A stretch of DNA of 62,797 bases, the filler included, from Sphacelaria rigidula (lineage: Eukaryota), in NCBI GenBank assembly GCA_964200075.2. It is 10 parts of 10 records of this genome, joined end to end, with 100 filler letters (N's around TTAATTAATTAA, not from the genome) between each part and the next. Parts side by side here need not be neighbours in the genome. Positions count along the whole stretch, not along the records: positions 50,320 to 56,508 come from CAXNAA020021636.1; positions 56,609 to 62,797 come from CAXNAA020021637.1; 8 more parts are not named here. One strand, 5' to 3'. The first letter of the stretch is position 1. Each line of letters begins with the position of its first letter. The notes under the pieces were generated by a model. That model was not told the DNA's origin, ran no database searches, and saw nothing but the letters and a program-made list of their open reading frames with translations. Below, piece by piece: positions 51,001 to 62,797 of the stretch. A program made the translations under genes and the position numbers.

Positions 51001-52851
51001 CCGACGGTCAGAACCTGAGGTCAGAGAGAACCCCCGAAAAGGGGTCAGCCAGGAAGTCGTTCAATATATCGAGTGCGAAGGTGTTTTTTTCCAAAACGTG
51101 GAGCGGATGGATGCCTAGTGTTTCCCGATTCCCAAACTCAAGGATCAAACGTTCACTGGGATGAGCGGTGTCAAGCGAAAACGCTTTTGAAAATCGCCGA
51201 CCACGAATTTTTTTTACATTAACCCCCTATTTCAGCTGAAACCTACTGTAGATTTATTTTCGGGTACGAGGCCAGCCCCTAGATTGCGGAGTTGGGGTAA
51301 AGTCTTCAAAGAACATTTTATTGCACGACCGTCTTTACCTGAACTCATGGTGCAGGGACCGATCATTTTTAATTTTTCATCGGGACCGGTTGTTTAAGGT
51401 AGTGCGACCCCTTGGGGATTAGTGAAGGTAGTGCGACAATCAGTCAAGCAATCCATTGATGAATCAGGCGTGATTCCGGGCAAGAGTCCGGCCTCGAGTT
51501 TTGGGACGTGGGGTCAAGTCTGACAGGTGCAGGTTGTCTGCAAGCACAACAGGTCGAACCGGTCCTCCCCCGGTGTAGATAGTGCTTGCCTTACATATTA
51601 GTATGGAGCATCGGATCAGCACTGCCTTAGCCTTTCCATCGTAACTAGGCCTTTGCTCCGTAGTTTTTTTTTCTTGGTCTTGGGCCTGAAACGATTACAC
51701 TTTTGGGCTTTTTTTTTGTTCTGAGTCTTTCGTTTTCGGCCTTTTTTTTCGATTTCTTTGATATACATATATATATATGTCCTCTACTTTTCGGCGCTCG
51801 TTCAGCGGCTTCTGTTGAGACTTCAGAAAAGTAAACAAAAAAAAGACGACAACGAAGCAGGGGAGAAGAATAACCTTCAACATTGAGAAAGAAGGAGGGG
51901 TGGAGAGCAGGTCTGGCCCCGTTGTGATGGACTGCAAATATATCCCACGAAACAGAAATCTGTGCATGGGCTCCAACTTATATAAACGGGCTTCTGGGGC
52001 CGAGTCCTACGAATCTATGGCCTAATTGTGAAGTATTTGAAGTCACCATGTAGGGCCAATAGCCCCGATGCGCAGGTCACATCAAGGTGCACGGATTGAT
52101 GAGGTATGCGGACTTCATAACCCAACCGACCTGAAGGTGTTTATCGTCCGTCCGACATTGCTTCAACTGGGGGTCCGCATCGCCAATACTCACCACGCTA
52201 ATGCTGTAAGCATTTGCTCTCTTCCTGAGAGCACCCACCCGCAGTGTTAGCACATCGTACATTCCCGTGGGCCCCAGTTCCCCTCCCGTGTAGTCCGTCC
52301 CAGCTTTGTAGGGGTGCGAGCTCAATGGTCTCATGACTACGGTATGGAAGATCATCAATACCCCCCCTACCCCTCCCCACTCCCCCCTCCCGCGCGTGCT
52401 TTGGCCATCGGCCCCCGCTTCCGAACCAGTAGGTCTGCACCTCTTCTATTTCCAGTGGTAAATCTAGATCTGAGGCCAACCTGTGGCGTCTCTCGTCCGA
52501 CGGATCAAGAAAACTGCCGTGTGTTTTTTTGCGACGAAGTCGCACACACGCCGAGTGTCTTCGCTGGCGATTTCACCGCCGTATCAGCCTTGTGCAGGGG
52601 CGATCTCGTAGCGGTGCTGGGGACGGAGATGAGACTCAGCCAAAAAGGGACGTTTTTACATGCAGTCCGAGAGCACGACAATCAGTCAATTATATCGACC
52701 ACTCCCATAACAGTGTCGCATTTTTGTGGTGTATATATTTGTGTGTCCCTTCGATCTCCGACATGTAGCGTGCATGCACGTGTTTTTATGTTTTTCCTTG
52801 TCTGTGACTGTGTCCTGCGTTTTTAATTTCCCTCTGTATTTTTATTTGCAG

Positions 52852-54182
52852 CCTACGGATACAACTTTCTTCGCCTCCAAGCCCAGCGATTCTGGCATGA
52901 AAGTGAAGAAGGTCACCCCCCGCCAAACAGTGGTCGATTCGTTCTTGGTGAGGCACCCGACACAGCGACATACCAAGCCGAGGGCGCCTTCCCAGTCTCT
53001 CTAGGGCGCCCGCGATTCTGTTGCTCCGGTCGCTGATCTTAGTCCACAAAAGGTACCGTTTGATTACTGCAGCCAACCCCCGGAATATCCCGGCATACGT
53101 TCGGTCGACGTGATGCCGCTTCGAGATCGCTCTTGTACCCGATCCCGTCCGTTCGGTCGCCGACTTCAGTCCAGGAAAGGTACATCTCGACGAGAACAAA
53201 ATCGTCCCAGAATACTGCCATATAGCTCCCGGCGACCTCGTGGCGCTTCAAATCAGCATGCGTATTCGATTTTCCCCCGTCCGGCCGCCGATTCCAGCCC
53301 CGAAAAAGGCGTAACTTGAAGATGAGAAGATCGCACATAAAACACCACACTATATAGTTTCCCATAGATCCGGTGGCACCTCGAAGGCGCAAGTGTATCC
53401 GATTCTGTCCGCCCGACCCCCGTCTTCAGTCCGGAGAACGTAACACGCGATGCGTAGCACGTTGACCCGTGGCGCTTGGAGGCCGGGTATTTACCCGCCC
53501 GCGTCCGGTCGGCGAGTCCGTTTGAAGAACGTGCAGCGCAGAGAGGTATGCCGCCGACTCGGTCGCGTCGATTTCCCGTATGACTAGATGGCGCTCCAAT
53601 ACTCGTAAACGTGTACCCGATTCCGTCCGACCCGTCGCCGATTCGAGTCCACGACGGGCACACCGTCTTGGTGCGCTGTGCCACACAGCTGAGATCCGCG
53701 AGCTAAGGCCACAAAACAGCGTTCGGAGACACTGATGCGCTTCACGTGTAAGTGGCGTAACCTGCTTGTGGGTGCATGCTGCGAGAGGTCCGTTCAACAG
53801 CGCGCGTGAGTTGTGAGTCTCGTACATGCGAGTGGCTCGGCGCCCTACTACTGTCGTGCGTTGCGCTCTGTGGTATACCATCTGTCTGAGCACGATTCTT
53901 GTTATCCAGCGAAGACGATTTCGGGATGATTTGCTCTGCTCGTTTCTCGAACCATCTTCCCGTGAGGCAGCATCACAAGCGTGAGAATGAAGTGGAGAAT
54001 AGTCCATCACCTGATGGCCGATCGATTTTATTTTTCACGCGCACGTCACACACGCACACGCGTGGTGGTAGTGGCTCTCAAGTAAAGATATTGTTTCGAA
54101 GCTTGCTCGTTTCACATGCCCTCACTCATAATTTCACACTCATCGTGTGTTGCTGTTGTTGTTGTAGCTCTCCTCTGTACAG

Positions 54183-54216
<34 letters not shown>

Positions 54217-55504
54217 CGGGCAACAAAACTCGGTTTGCCTGTTTCACGCATGTCAGCCAGCCTCGCTTGAGTCAAGTTGAACATGGTGGTCCGCTATCAC
54301 CTATGGCTACAGATTGTACGTCGAATAGTTCCGGCGCGTGCACCCCCGTCCCCCTAGCAGCAAGTCCGTCACCCCACCGCACACACAGCGGGACGAATGA
54401 AGGGGTGGTGGGGGTGGGAGGCGGATGGAGTTTTGCTATGAGGTCGATCCGGAAATGGGCATCGTTCGCTTCACGCTGTCGTCGTGTCGTCGGCAATCGT
54501 TTGCCTTCATCTTGATGTTTGCCTCGTGTGTCAGAATCTCCGGGCGGTTTTTCTCGTGATCTCTCGAGCTCGTTGTTTTTTGACTCACGAATACGAGGTA
54601 GTGGAGCATGACGTACTGTGACAACTTTTTCCGTTGTCGCTTTGTCCTCGCATCTTGATTCTCGCGGTGCTTTTCCGAGTGTACCGAGCTCGGTCAATCG
54701 CGATGGCGCTCTTTCGATCGCCGCTTGATTCTTATCGGGGGAGCACTTGGTATATCTTTTTGGAGACCGCGTGTTGCCGTCAACCGTTTTTTTTTCCTCA
54801 CCCGGCGTTTGGAGGTACTTTTCGTCGGACGCTCACGTTTCAACCATTTCACTGCGAGTGCCGTTTGTGAATTTCTTTTTCTGGGCACTTGCACTTAAGA
54901 TTCAAGTATTCATTTGTTGCGTTGGTAAATATCGGCTCACAATGACTACGGCAATCGCAGGGCTCAGTGACCGTCGTATATGTTTCGGAGATTCACGTGG
55001 CCGTAGGTTCCGGATGAGAGAGCCATCACCCAGAACATGTACGTGGTGTCGTAGAATATACCCGTGTGAGTCGATACTGGTGTCTCGCCGACAGCGTCTG
55101 TGAATAAATGCGCCAATGTCATGTGAGGGTAACCTTGCATTCCGAATTCCTCTGTTTCAGGAACAAAATTCGAGTGGTGCCGTTGTCATCAAGTCGTGAA
55201 GCCTTCATTTTTTTTTCTGCAAAAAAGCCTCCCTTCCCCGGAGTTGTGTCGAGCTCGACACGCACACAACGCTCATACACGTACGCGCCTCTCACACTCA
55301 TACATCCCTCATTCATCTCACTTTTTCCCCCCATTATTTTGCTTCCTGCTTGCTTGCATTTCGCACTTGTTCCAGGAGTTACACGAAGAGAAGGACATGG
55401 CCTTGGCCATGCTGAAGCAACTTGGGGAGGGTAATGGCGGGTCTCTGCCACCGGTTCCGCCTTCCAAGACCAAGCCGGGGTCCCAGCCATTCTCGAGCTT
55501 GTGA
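52852..55504 (+). CDS. Hypothetical gene, probable 3' exons 52852-52947 and 55376-55504
   Basis: Pyrimidine tract plus CAG acceptors and a GTGAGG donor; phase-0 join gives ...TVVDSFL-ELHEEKDMALAMLKQLGEG...SSL*. An alternative frame is also open, so the reading frame is ambiguous. Confidence 0.33.
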
Positions 55505-58044
55505 TGGGCTGAGGGTTCTTTATTGACAGCCTAGCTAGCGCCGCGAGTGACGATGATGACTCCCCCCCCCTCCGCGAGAAGACGTTTGGGTCAAAATCGA
55601 TTTTTGCCAAGAGTGCAACGACCACGACCGTGATCCCAGCGAAGGTGAATCTGAGATGCCGTTTCGATAGTTGTCGGACGTTGAGGGGGCAGTAGGGAGG
55701 AGGAGGTTGGGGGGAGGGGGGGCGTACTCGTTTGTTGCTTGCCTTAGTCGTTTGACCATTGACCACGCATCCCTTTCGAGACGGAGCACCGTTCCTACCC
55801 CTACTCCAGGGGGGGGGGGGAGGTCTCTCGCTCCTGTATTTATAACGTCATTATTTCTGGAGAGGTGATTCGTTTCTGGAGATGTCTTTTTTGAGGGGAG
55901 ATGGCCCGGGTGATCTACCTCATGGCCAGGGAATGGTAATACTGCGTATAGTAGAGGAGAAGCTAGGGAGGTGGAGGTGTATGATAGTAGCGGCTGCTTG
56001 GAGATATTTGGGTACGGCGAGGTTTCGTTACTGAAACCCTGCGTGCAGAAACTTATCATATTATGCAGAATGGATGTTCATCGTGAGCTCGACCGCAGCA
56101 AGTTGTGGCCTTGCCCGTGAAGGTATTAGGGGTAGAGGGGGGGGGGGGGTATTGTACGAGTGTAATTTTGTGTTCCGAATACCAAGCCTCTCATTTATGT
56201 ATCACTTATGTTTATCGTGAGCGCGACGGGGGTTGGCCGTCGTAGTGTGCTTGGGCAGTGGATATTAATTGTGACTGTCATGTACATTTTCTCAGGGTGT
56301 CTGACGAACAAAGTGTTGTGTACTGTAGGTGAATCCCCTTGTGTTGTGTTACATGATAGGCGAAAACTCAAAGCCCCCTCAATAATTTGTTTTAGGTTAA
56401 AGGGCACGTTGCCGCGCGGGGGAGAAGCAGGGTAGGGCGGGGAGAGCGGGGGTGTACTCATGATCATGCTTGCCATAGTCATCAGACCATTGACCTCGCA
56501 TCCCTACANNNNNNNNNNNNNNNNNNNNNNNNNNNNNNNNNNNNNNNNNNNNTTAATTAATTAANNNNNNNNNNNNNNNNNNNNNNNNNNNNNNNNNNNN
56601 NNNNNNNNCCCCCGCCATACAGCCACCACGCAGCCCAGCAGCCAGAGTTGGGGAGACGGCGGACAAGGGCGGGGGGGGGGGGGGGGGGGGGGGGAAGGAG
56701 GTAAGCTAGAGCCCCTCCGACGGCGTTTATCCACGGGAGGTCGGGGAAGCATCACCTGCGACGAATACCCTGCGATTTTTCCATGAGGAGCAACACTCCC
56801 TCTGTGCCACAAGTAAAGCCTATTATGAGGTGCAGATAATGGCTGGATTGTTGCAAACAGCAAACGTGAGATAACCGATCAATCAATTGATATCTATAGT
56901 TAGGTTCATTGAAAATATAGTTATCGAGATGCTCACAAGAAAAGCACAAAAACGGAGACATGGTCATTGAGAATTTCCAGGATGGAATCGTCCACATTCG
57001 GAAATTTCTAAGAATTCTTTCGACAACTTGCTCGGCAATTTGTTTCAAATTGTCCGTTTTTCCCAGAAGTTCGACGTTTAATCACCCACTACCTACCGCA
57101 ACCACGATGGACTCTCCCGTGCACACCCCTCACGTCGAAAACGGGGCGCCGAAGTATATTTTGGGCCACCGTTTCACCCGTAAAATGGGGCCCGATTTTG
57201 GGAACAAGATACCGGGAAAATGGACCGACCAACTACACCGTCAGTTGATTGCAGAAGATATGAAACCTAAATGAGACAATCAGTTTCAATCACAAGTACA
57301 CACGTCACTCGAAATGACGACGACGTTCATACAAAATGTATTATTACTACAGTACATTCTACAACAAACCCGTGATTGACGTTGCTGTACACCTGTACAC
57401 CTGTACACAGGGTTACCACAACAGGAGGATAGAAGCTGCTGCTCGTGCTGTTGTTGTGCCCCTCCTCTTGCAGTATATTGTTGTGCCCATAATACAACGC
57501 AAATTTCTCGGCAACGAAGCAGAGCATTGGACTACGGTTTGTAGCGTGCGCTTTCCACACACCAGAACTATTCAGCGCGGCGGCGGATTCCCGTAACACG
57601 TGCCGCGGAGGCCGCAGTACATCGCAAACCGCCAAAGTGTACTCAAAAACGCGTTTCCTTCAACGTTCTGGGGCTTTTTGGATCCGCTGTGGCGAATTGA
57701 GCAACTCCACCGCCACACTGAATAGGTTGGTGTGTGCGGGGGGATGTGAAGTGCCACAGGCCACAGGCCGGTTTGCTTCCTGTCTGGGAATTTTGAAATT
57801 TGCGATGAAGAAATTACAGCCGCCGCATACCAAACCTAGGTAACTTGGGATGGAGCGTGTGTTATGCTCGGCAGAGGTTCGGCGCAGGTCCGACCAGTTT
57901 ATGACATCTTCAATACGTCTTCATTACGTCTTCAGTACGTCTTCAATATGTCTTCAATACGTCTCCAATACGTCTTCAATATCCCTTCGCGTTATTTTTT
58001 TTTGTTGACACCGGGTTTTTGGTCGGTAGAGCCTTCATTCACGG

Positions 58045-58929
58045 CAGTGTTGCACATCGAATATTGACAATCGATACGATTTCGATAAATATCAGCGATA
58101 TGCCATATCGGTATCGGAGCGTAGGAAAACGATAAATGTGATATTTATCAATATCGAATATTAATATCGAATATCGATATTCTCGGTATTTTTTTCTTTT
58201 TCGTCACATTAGCTCAATTTTTTTAAACCGTCGTCACAGTAAACGCAGGGGGGGTGGTGAAAAACGTTTTGACACCTTTTCCTTTTCTAATGAATGAGCA
58301 GAGTCGAGGTATGCGTTCATTCGATCGAAACACACGGAACGGTACTGTAGAAATGAAGTATAACCAATACCACACCCGGCCCGCTGTGATAAACTATAAT
58401 ACATCTTGCACGATGACGAAAGATATTCGCAAGACAGCTGTATCACCGCATGCCACCGCTGCTATGATGTCAATTTGCACACTACCCGCTGCTGTACATC
58501 ATGTGTCCACTGCCGTCAACTGGAAACTACCGTATGTAAGTTGCTCGAGATACCGCACCCTCAGGAGCGAATTTCAAAGCTCCATCACTTTCTCTCGACG
58601 ACATGGTTGCAACGCCGCCCAGTTCAGCCCTGGCATCGCTTCTGGTGAGGAGTAAGTGAGCTTAGAAAGCTGTCTGTGTGTGAAAAGCTGTCTAGGGGAT
58701 GTGGTATCTGGAGTGACCTACAATAGTGAGTGAGGGTGTCAGTGCCAGTCTACCGCTCGGTCTTGTACACTGCGGCCACACCAAAACAGCCATATCGTAT
58801 CGAATATCGATATTCGATACGTCTCGTGTCATTTTCGGAATATCGACAAAAATATCGATATCGGCGGTTGTGATTCGATATTCTAAATATAGATATCGAA
58901 CGTTATTCTCGATCCGACATGCAACACTG
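58045..58929. mobile_element. hAT-like non-autonomous element (885 bp), TIR CAGTGTTGCA, with ATATCG-rich subterminal arrays
   Basis: CAGTGTTGCACATCGAAT pairs with ATCCGACATGCAACACTG; clusters of ATATCGA at both ends. No clean 8-bp TSD. Confidence 0.65.
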
Positions 58930-60054
58930 ATTTCAAGCACGTTTAACACCCCTCAAGCGTACCGGAGACGAAAGCAACGCTTACGAGGTTTTTCTATTGC
59001 GGAGGGGTCTAATGATAACCACAGCACATCCCCAGGCAACAACTGGCGAGGATGGTTTGGATCTGAGCGCGTAAGCACGATTGCAAGATAGTAATATCTT
59101 GTTCTTGCTCTTGTTATTTGTTGTTGTTGGTGTGGTGTGGTTGTTTTTGTTGTTATCGCTGCTCCATTTCTTCTTTCCTTTCTGAGACCGTTGCTTCCGT
59201 CTCTTTTTGTTCCTTTCCTTCTTTTCCTTTTATTCTTCTGTTTTTTTTTGCTGCTCCTGACCACGGACTGGATCGCTGCAATCAGCTAATAATATGAGAT
59301 AATCAGTCAATCAATCAATCAATCAATCAATACGAATTCGGAAGTTTGTGCTGCAACGTTCAGTTCACCCCTAGTATCAAGAATATAACGTTGCATTTAT
59401 CGCGTTTTTTCACAAGAAATGCCTGCTCAAAAGGGCTCTGCACTTCTTTCTTGTGGTCTTTCAAGCAACGAGAGGTAGCCAGCGACTGAATTATTGCAAA
59501 TTATGGGACCATCCGTCAGGTGATGAAAGGTTTAGAAAATATGATATTTTTATGGCAATGGCCTTTTCAGAGCAGTGTTTTTTGTGTCCTATACCTCTAG
59601 TATGCCGGCATGCAGTATATTCAAACTAGTACCCACCTATCGTCACTGACCTACAAAAAGCTGGGAAAGGCAAGGAAATCACTTGCTGAAGCAGGTAGCA
59701 CGACGTCGTCTCCAGTGCAGTTGTCAGAACCTGTGGCATCGGGAATTCCGCCTTCTCTCCATTGATTGAACAAAAACTAATGCCCTCTACATGTTGCCAC
59801 CGGGGTGTCGACGTGAAGTTGTCGAAATAACGGAAAGTACTTCATAGGTTTTTTGCTAGCCTGTGACCACGGAAGGCGTCCGCATCAGATGCCCACTACG
59901 ACTGTACCGCACAGGTATCGGAACGGGTTTTAATGTGAACACAACAACAACAGCAGCAGCAACAACAACAACAACAACAACAAGTTCATTTACGCACCGT
60001 GAGCTTGAAGATGTTTTAACCCATGGGCACCGTTGCCACTGCTCGCCAACCTAC

Positions 60055-60920
60055 CTCGCCATGGCAGGTCGTAGCCGAGAGCGGCGATATACACCAGCAG
60101 CCGTCGCGAAGATGTGGTGCAGCGGGAGCCTGCGTGACCAAGAGCAAATAAAAAGCGGGAGACTTATTCTACAGAACGGATAACCTATCGGTTTGTCAAA
60201 TCTGTGTGTTGTTGAGCGTATCGTTTGTGTCCACAATTGCCTACACGCTCAAGACGTGCTGGCAGCGCGTCGATAAAACAAACACCGCGTGGCAACTCAG
60301 CAGCTTGGAGTTGATTCATGTGTGACCTAGTTTGTGCAGTCGAGGTCTTTTTAAATGGTCACGCAAGGCGAAGGCAGAAAATAATAAACTGAAGCTGAAA
60401 TCTTGCAGATTGTTCAATTATCGACTGGGCATTCATACCGTTAAAATAACACTCAGTTAAACACTTGCCGCATTGGAAACCTGATAGTAACGACTCACCC
60501 CGAAGTGCGCAGAAACGTCTTGATGAGCTTACACGGGTCAGCTTCGCGCTGTAACCGCGCCGCATCTCTGAACCTCGACACCTCAGCCTCCTTAAGCTGC
60601 CGCAGCAAGCCCGCCGCTATGATTGTGTCGTCGACCGTCCTACGAAACGATCCGACAGGTTCATGCTGGAAACAGCAATCCGCACTCGGCAATCTTTCAC
60701 CGTATCCATGCTGCTGCTGCATGACGTCACTCGCGTGCTGTCGTCGTGCCCGACCCCGCGTTGGAGATGGGCCGACTGCATATGGATTGCTGCGATGCGA
60801 CGCGTGTGAAATCTTCGTGGGGCTGCGACTGCCTTTGTGTTTGTTCACCTCATTTTGTGGGGCCTGATCGCTGGTGCCTACTGCAAGTGACTTTGCTTCG
60901 GCTCCGGGCTGCTTCCTCAC
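60055..60920 (-). CDS. Hypothetical spliced gene fragment; exons ~60920-60499 and 60168-60055
   Basis: A 141-codon open frame ends at a GTGAGT donor and joins in phase (2) via a CTGTAG acceptor to give ...KLIKTFLRTSG-ISLPLFICSWSRRL...RPAMAR, followed by a GTAGGT donor. No recognisable domain. Confidence 0.4.
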
Positions 60921-62477
60921 GATGGCCTCACCGTACGTTTAGATCCAAGAGTGGTATAAATACATATTTCTCAGTTAAATACATACCTCGATGAGTGTGA
61001 ATCCTCCATGGTTCGAAGGCTGTGCATTAAAGCCTTTATTTTCGTCATTCCGGTTACGAGTCGGACAATTGAATCATGCGACGCTACAGGGGGTGAGGTT
61101 TTGGCTGGGCGAACTCGTCAGCGTACATAATTTCTAGATTCTCTGGAGTACAGCTTGTTGTGCTAAAGAGCTGACAAGGGCAAAAAGGATGGGCCGGTGA
61201 AGCGACCAGCGACCAAAAGCAAGCATACTCTTTGGGAACGCGTGGCCAGGTGACTGATATTGATGCTCTACACCGGGTGCTTGTGCACGACGAAGAATAT
61301 TCCAGATCTTCGAGGGCAAACATCACCTGACTTTGACATGTACCTAATCTGCAAAAAATGTGACTTGGTATTTGTATTGATTCGAAATGCCGAATCCCCG
61401 GCTTCCTCTGAGTTCACCTTGGGGTGCATCATCTCACACAAGAATAACAGCCACATCAGCGATCAGCAGCAAGCGTTGAGAATAAGGTCAAGGGAACAAA
61501 AAACCCGCGCGCCGCGGCGAACTGATACAACATGCTGCAGGCGTTTCAACAAATTGCTTCAAAGCATCCGGCTACGATGTCCGAATCCTCATCATGTGCG
61601 TCGCCTCTCGGAAAATCCTGGAGATATTGAATATGACATCGTTGTCCATGTGCACAGTGTCTGTACTGCGTGAATATACTTGCAATTGAAATATCTGCTG
61701 CTGTCACTGAAAACTTATGTATTTTCACCGAAATATCGAAGGCGTACTGTTGTGTACATGCAGTGCATCCCCATCACGGACTACGTATTACATGTTGTCC
61801 TGTCGTGTGTGCAGGGGCAGCGCATCGCACGCGACACACGCATTGCATGCAGTCCTGCCGCGGAACCAATCGCCGTGTTCTATCACCTGTGCTAGTGCTC
61901 GCTTGAGCCCGGCGTAAGGGGAAGGGGAAAATAGCCCAAGGGCAGAAACCGGGTCTTGTGTCGATGATTTTCCTTGATGTTTTTGGTCTTGCGGGGCAAG
62001 GAGGGCGATATCCACTCTTGCGCTGGAATTAGACTTTGCCGCCGAGCATGGAAAAAACACCCTGTGCTTTTGCGCACAGTATGGTCCGAACACAGAACCA
62101 CCTAAATTACCGTCGACACTAGGCAAGGCCATGTCCAGGCAGGAGAAATTGGCGCCAGATGCAGTCGAGGCATCAGCCACGCTGGACGTGGGGTGGTACA
62201 AAAGCACTGTAGGAAGTGATCACGGTGCGGCGCCACTTGTACCCATTGAAGGATGCGGCGAAACCTATTTGGTTGCTGCGACCGCCGCCGCCGTTACTGG
62301 TGCTTGTACTGGTGCTGCTTGTTATTGTGCTTGTGCTGGTGCTGGTACTGGTGCTGCTGTGTGAAGCACAGGACTACAAACCCCCACAGAAACAACGTAA
62401 ATGAACATGATCGACCCTCGCTCGACCTTAAGACGATCATAGATGCAACTGACCAGCGTTTTGTCTTCAAATACGAT

Positions 62478-62741
62478 GCCGGTCGCCCCGGGGTGGTGGC
62501 TCGGTTGGTAACCTCGAAATCTTCTGACGGTTGGGTCGTGGGTTCCAATCTCGGTGCAGTCATACTGTACGATCGGGGATTTTTTCTCACACCATGCCCA
62601 ACAATGGAAAGCGACCATGTCGTGGATATACAGAATCCAACGTCACGGTCGACGAGGGAAGCGACCGCTGAACCCCTCTTGTGCAAAAAATTATAAAAGA
62701 TGGTCAGCACCGCAGAATGAAGGTTGTTGTTGTTGTTGTTG
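62478..62741 (+). mobile_element. tRNA-derived SINE, family 2; near full length with (GTT)n tail
   Basis: A box-like TGGCTCGGTTGG, B box-like GGTTCCAATC, homologous to 37741-37838, ends in a GTT microsatellite. Confidence 0.75.
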
Positions 62742-62797
62742 TCTTCACATTAAAAGCCGTTCCGATATCTGCGCGGTACATTGGTACTGGGCATCTT

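Overview
This window is not one locus. It is ten unrelated ~6.19-kb eukaryotic contigs (sorted by size) joined by an artificial N44-TTAATTAATTAA-N44 linker, so nothing can be inferred from neighbourhood across linkers. The DNA is intron-rich and repeat-rich, and most ORFs in the six-frame track are spurious. A brown-algal (Phaeophyceae-like) origin is my inference from the gene structure, long G/C runs and SINE content; I have not verified it. By hand I could assemble partial spliced genes for a short-chain dehydrogenase (apparently with a GC-AG intron), a PAPS-dependent sulfotransferase with a C-terminal hydrophobic segment, an ankyrin-repeat protein and a WDR62/MAPKBP1-like WD40 protein, plus three weak hypothetical genes. 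The rest is mobile DNA: a decayed RTE-like LINE reverse transcriptase, two tRNA-headed SINE families, several MITEs and degenerate satellites. The most unexplained signal is a ~75-nt dispersed repeat with at least 11 copies in 5 contigs. Its two subfamilies keep the same base-paired scaffold despite divergent loops. I found no convincing evidence of a complete novel multi-gene system.
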